A stretch of 64,000 nt of DNA. Source: Chrysomallon squamiferum. Taxonomy: Eukaryota > Animalia > Mollusca. Below the pieces are notes generated by a model. The model had not been told where the DNA came from, searched no databases, and worked only from the letters and a program-made list of their open reading frames with translations. The position numbers and the translations under genes were made by a program. Positions 62,194 through 64,000 of the stretch are shown here, piece by piece. The stretch is taken from positions 6,944,001-7,008,000 of the forward strand of contig CM022669.1 of assembly GCA_012295275.1 (NCBI GenBank). Reading direction: 5' to 3'. Within the stretch, counting starts at the first letter, position 1, and every line of letters starts with the position of its first letter.

Positions 62194-63473
62194 CAACAAC
62201 AACAACAACATTATTTTCGGTGATTTATTTATTCTTTTTTATTACGTCATATGCCAAATTTACATTCTGAGCAGAAAGTCGTGTTGCAAATCTAACGTAA
62301 TCAACAGATAAAATATCTCATTACCCTTTGATAGACCAGTAACTGTGGTGTATTCGTGCCCTAATTTATAAAGAGGGAAAAGAGTTACCTCCCTCCCAGG
62401 CTACCTTTATAATAATAATAATAATATATGTAATAATTATTATTATTATGTCGGGGAATCAGAAAATGGTCTCGGATACAAAACATTTACAGGACGCTTG
62501 CTCGCACCAGCCATTGGTAACATACAAAAAAAAAAGAGTAGCAAACAGAACTACTGTATAAATTAAAATCATAAACGGATCTATTTTAAAAGGATATATT
62601 AACTTATTCAAGTCTGTAAAAGAATGTTTGCCAAAAACCTGTTTTCACTAGCTCTCTCGCATTGTTGTGTGTTTTTATTGAGTGTGATTCATTTTAAATT
62701 TATGTTGCTGATCGAGAATAGAAACAGGCAAACTAAATTTTTTGTTATCCTTTAGTGTGAGTACTAAACAGAGCAGTATATAAAGAAATTATTAAAAAAA
62801 AAAAAAAAAAAAAAATTATTTAAAAACCCACAAAAATAATTTAAAAAACTAAAACATAACAGTGATGTGCGTAATTTACAATTTAAATAAATGAAGGAAC
62901 ATACCTTTCTAATAACTCTGAGGCCTGTACTACAAACTGAGAAATGTAGTCAAACTTATTCTTACTGTCAATAAAACTGAGAAGAATAAAATCAGACGTC
63001 TTCTTAGGAACATATATTCCCCCACCCCACCCGACCCCCGAAGAAATGCGGTTTATCATTATTTTAGTTCCTTTTATTCTTTTCTTCTCCTCTTTATCAC
63101 ATAATGTAGTATCTGTATTGACAGTTCCGCCCATGAAACCTGAAGTGTCACAGGTCCATAAGATCTAACGCGACTGTGTTATTAGTCCAAGAATGTTATT
63201 GATGCAGCTGCGTTATTCTATCTGATTTTGAACGTTGTCTCTTAATGATGCAGACATATCTACAAAAATCATCAACCAACGTAAGAAATACACGCACACG
63301 CACACGCACACTAACGCATACGCTGACTATTTTATTTATTTATTTTTTTATAGAGGGGCAGAATGGAAAGCCTTGTAATTACACGTCGACAACTGACTGT
63401 GGTCAAAATTACCAGTGCGTAAACAACACCTGCATCTGTACGCTGGGCAAAACCTACAACAACAGCACGTGCG
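59840..63473 (+). CDS. 5' part of a secreted or membrane protein with an EB/EGF-like module (continues beyond the window)
   Basis: Exon 59840-59918 gives signal-peptide-like MSTACLSSFLWRLLICAAIFNDCRYV with donor G|GTGAGT (phase 1). Exon 63354-63473 gives EGQNGKPCNYTSTTDCGQNYQCVNNTCICTLGKTYNNSTC, 6 Cys, phase 1-1. Confidence 0.7.
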
Positions 63474-63504
63474 GTGAGTCTTTCAGAACTGATTTAAACA
63501 CCAG

Positions 63505-63639
63505 ATTTTATTTAATATTTATTTATTTATTTGTTTTATTTAATATTTATTTATTTATTTATTTATTTTATTATTTATTTTATTTATTATTTATTTTATT
63601 TATTTATTTATTTATTTTATTTATTATTTATTTATTTTT

Positions 63640-63670
<31 letters not shown>

Positions 63671-63755
63671 TTTTATTTTATTTATTATTTATTTATTTAT
63701 TTATTTATTTGATTTATTATTTATTTATTTATTTTATACTTTATTATTTATTTTG
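63505..63755. repeat. (TTTA)n low-complexity array; representative of many (AG)n, (AAT)n, (AC)n and (ATAC)n microsatellites in the window
   Basis: Direct reading of the sequence. Confidence 0.9.
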
Positions 63756-63961
63756 TTTGTGTTTGTATATATATATAATTTTAAATACAATAATAATTGC
63801 AAAATATACTAATAATAATTAAATAAATAAACATATATATATATATATATATATATATCAATATATAAATAAGTAAATAAATATATAAATATATATATTT
63901 TATTATTATTTATTTATTTATTTTACATTTTACATACTTTATTATTTATTTTGTGTGTGTC

Positions 63962-63994
<33 letters not shown>

Positions 63995-64000
63995 TCTTTT

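Overview
AT-rich, microsatellite-laden, intron-containing animal DNA (invertebrate; a lophotrochozoan or mollusc is my inference from gene style, not proven). From left to right: (1) a decayed fragment and an intact single-exon atypical class A GPCR (2404-3459). (2) A ~4.8 kb decayed but structurally complete parvovirus-like element (~5053-9887). It has ~555 bp inverted terminal repeats ending in ~130 nt imperfect hairpins in opposite flip/flop isomers, an unknown upstream ORF and an HUH-endonuclease/SF3-helicase (NS1/Rep) gene, and no visible capsid gene. This is the top finding. (3) A 12-exon SNX1/2 gene on the minus strand with a candidate 18-nt microexon. (4) Head-to-head with it, a 31-exon dual oxidase (DUOX) whose last two exons and 3' region are duplicated intact downstream. 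(5) A mosaic of local duplications carrying a hAT (Buster/Charlie-type) deletion derivative and Tigger remnants. (6) A 3-exon secreted Spaetzle/neurotrophin-like cystine-knot gene on the minus strand. (7) The first two coding exons of a secreted EB/EGF-module gene. Exon boundaries were read by eye from GT-AG sites and translation; no database search was run.
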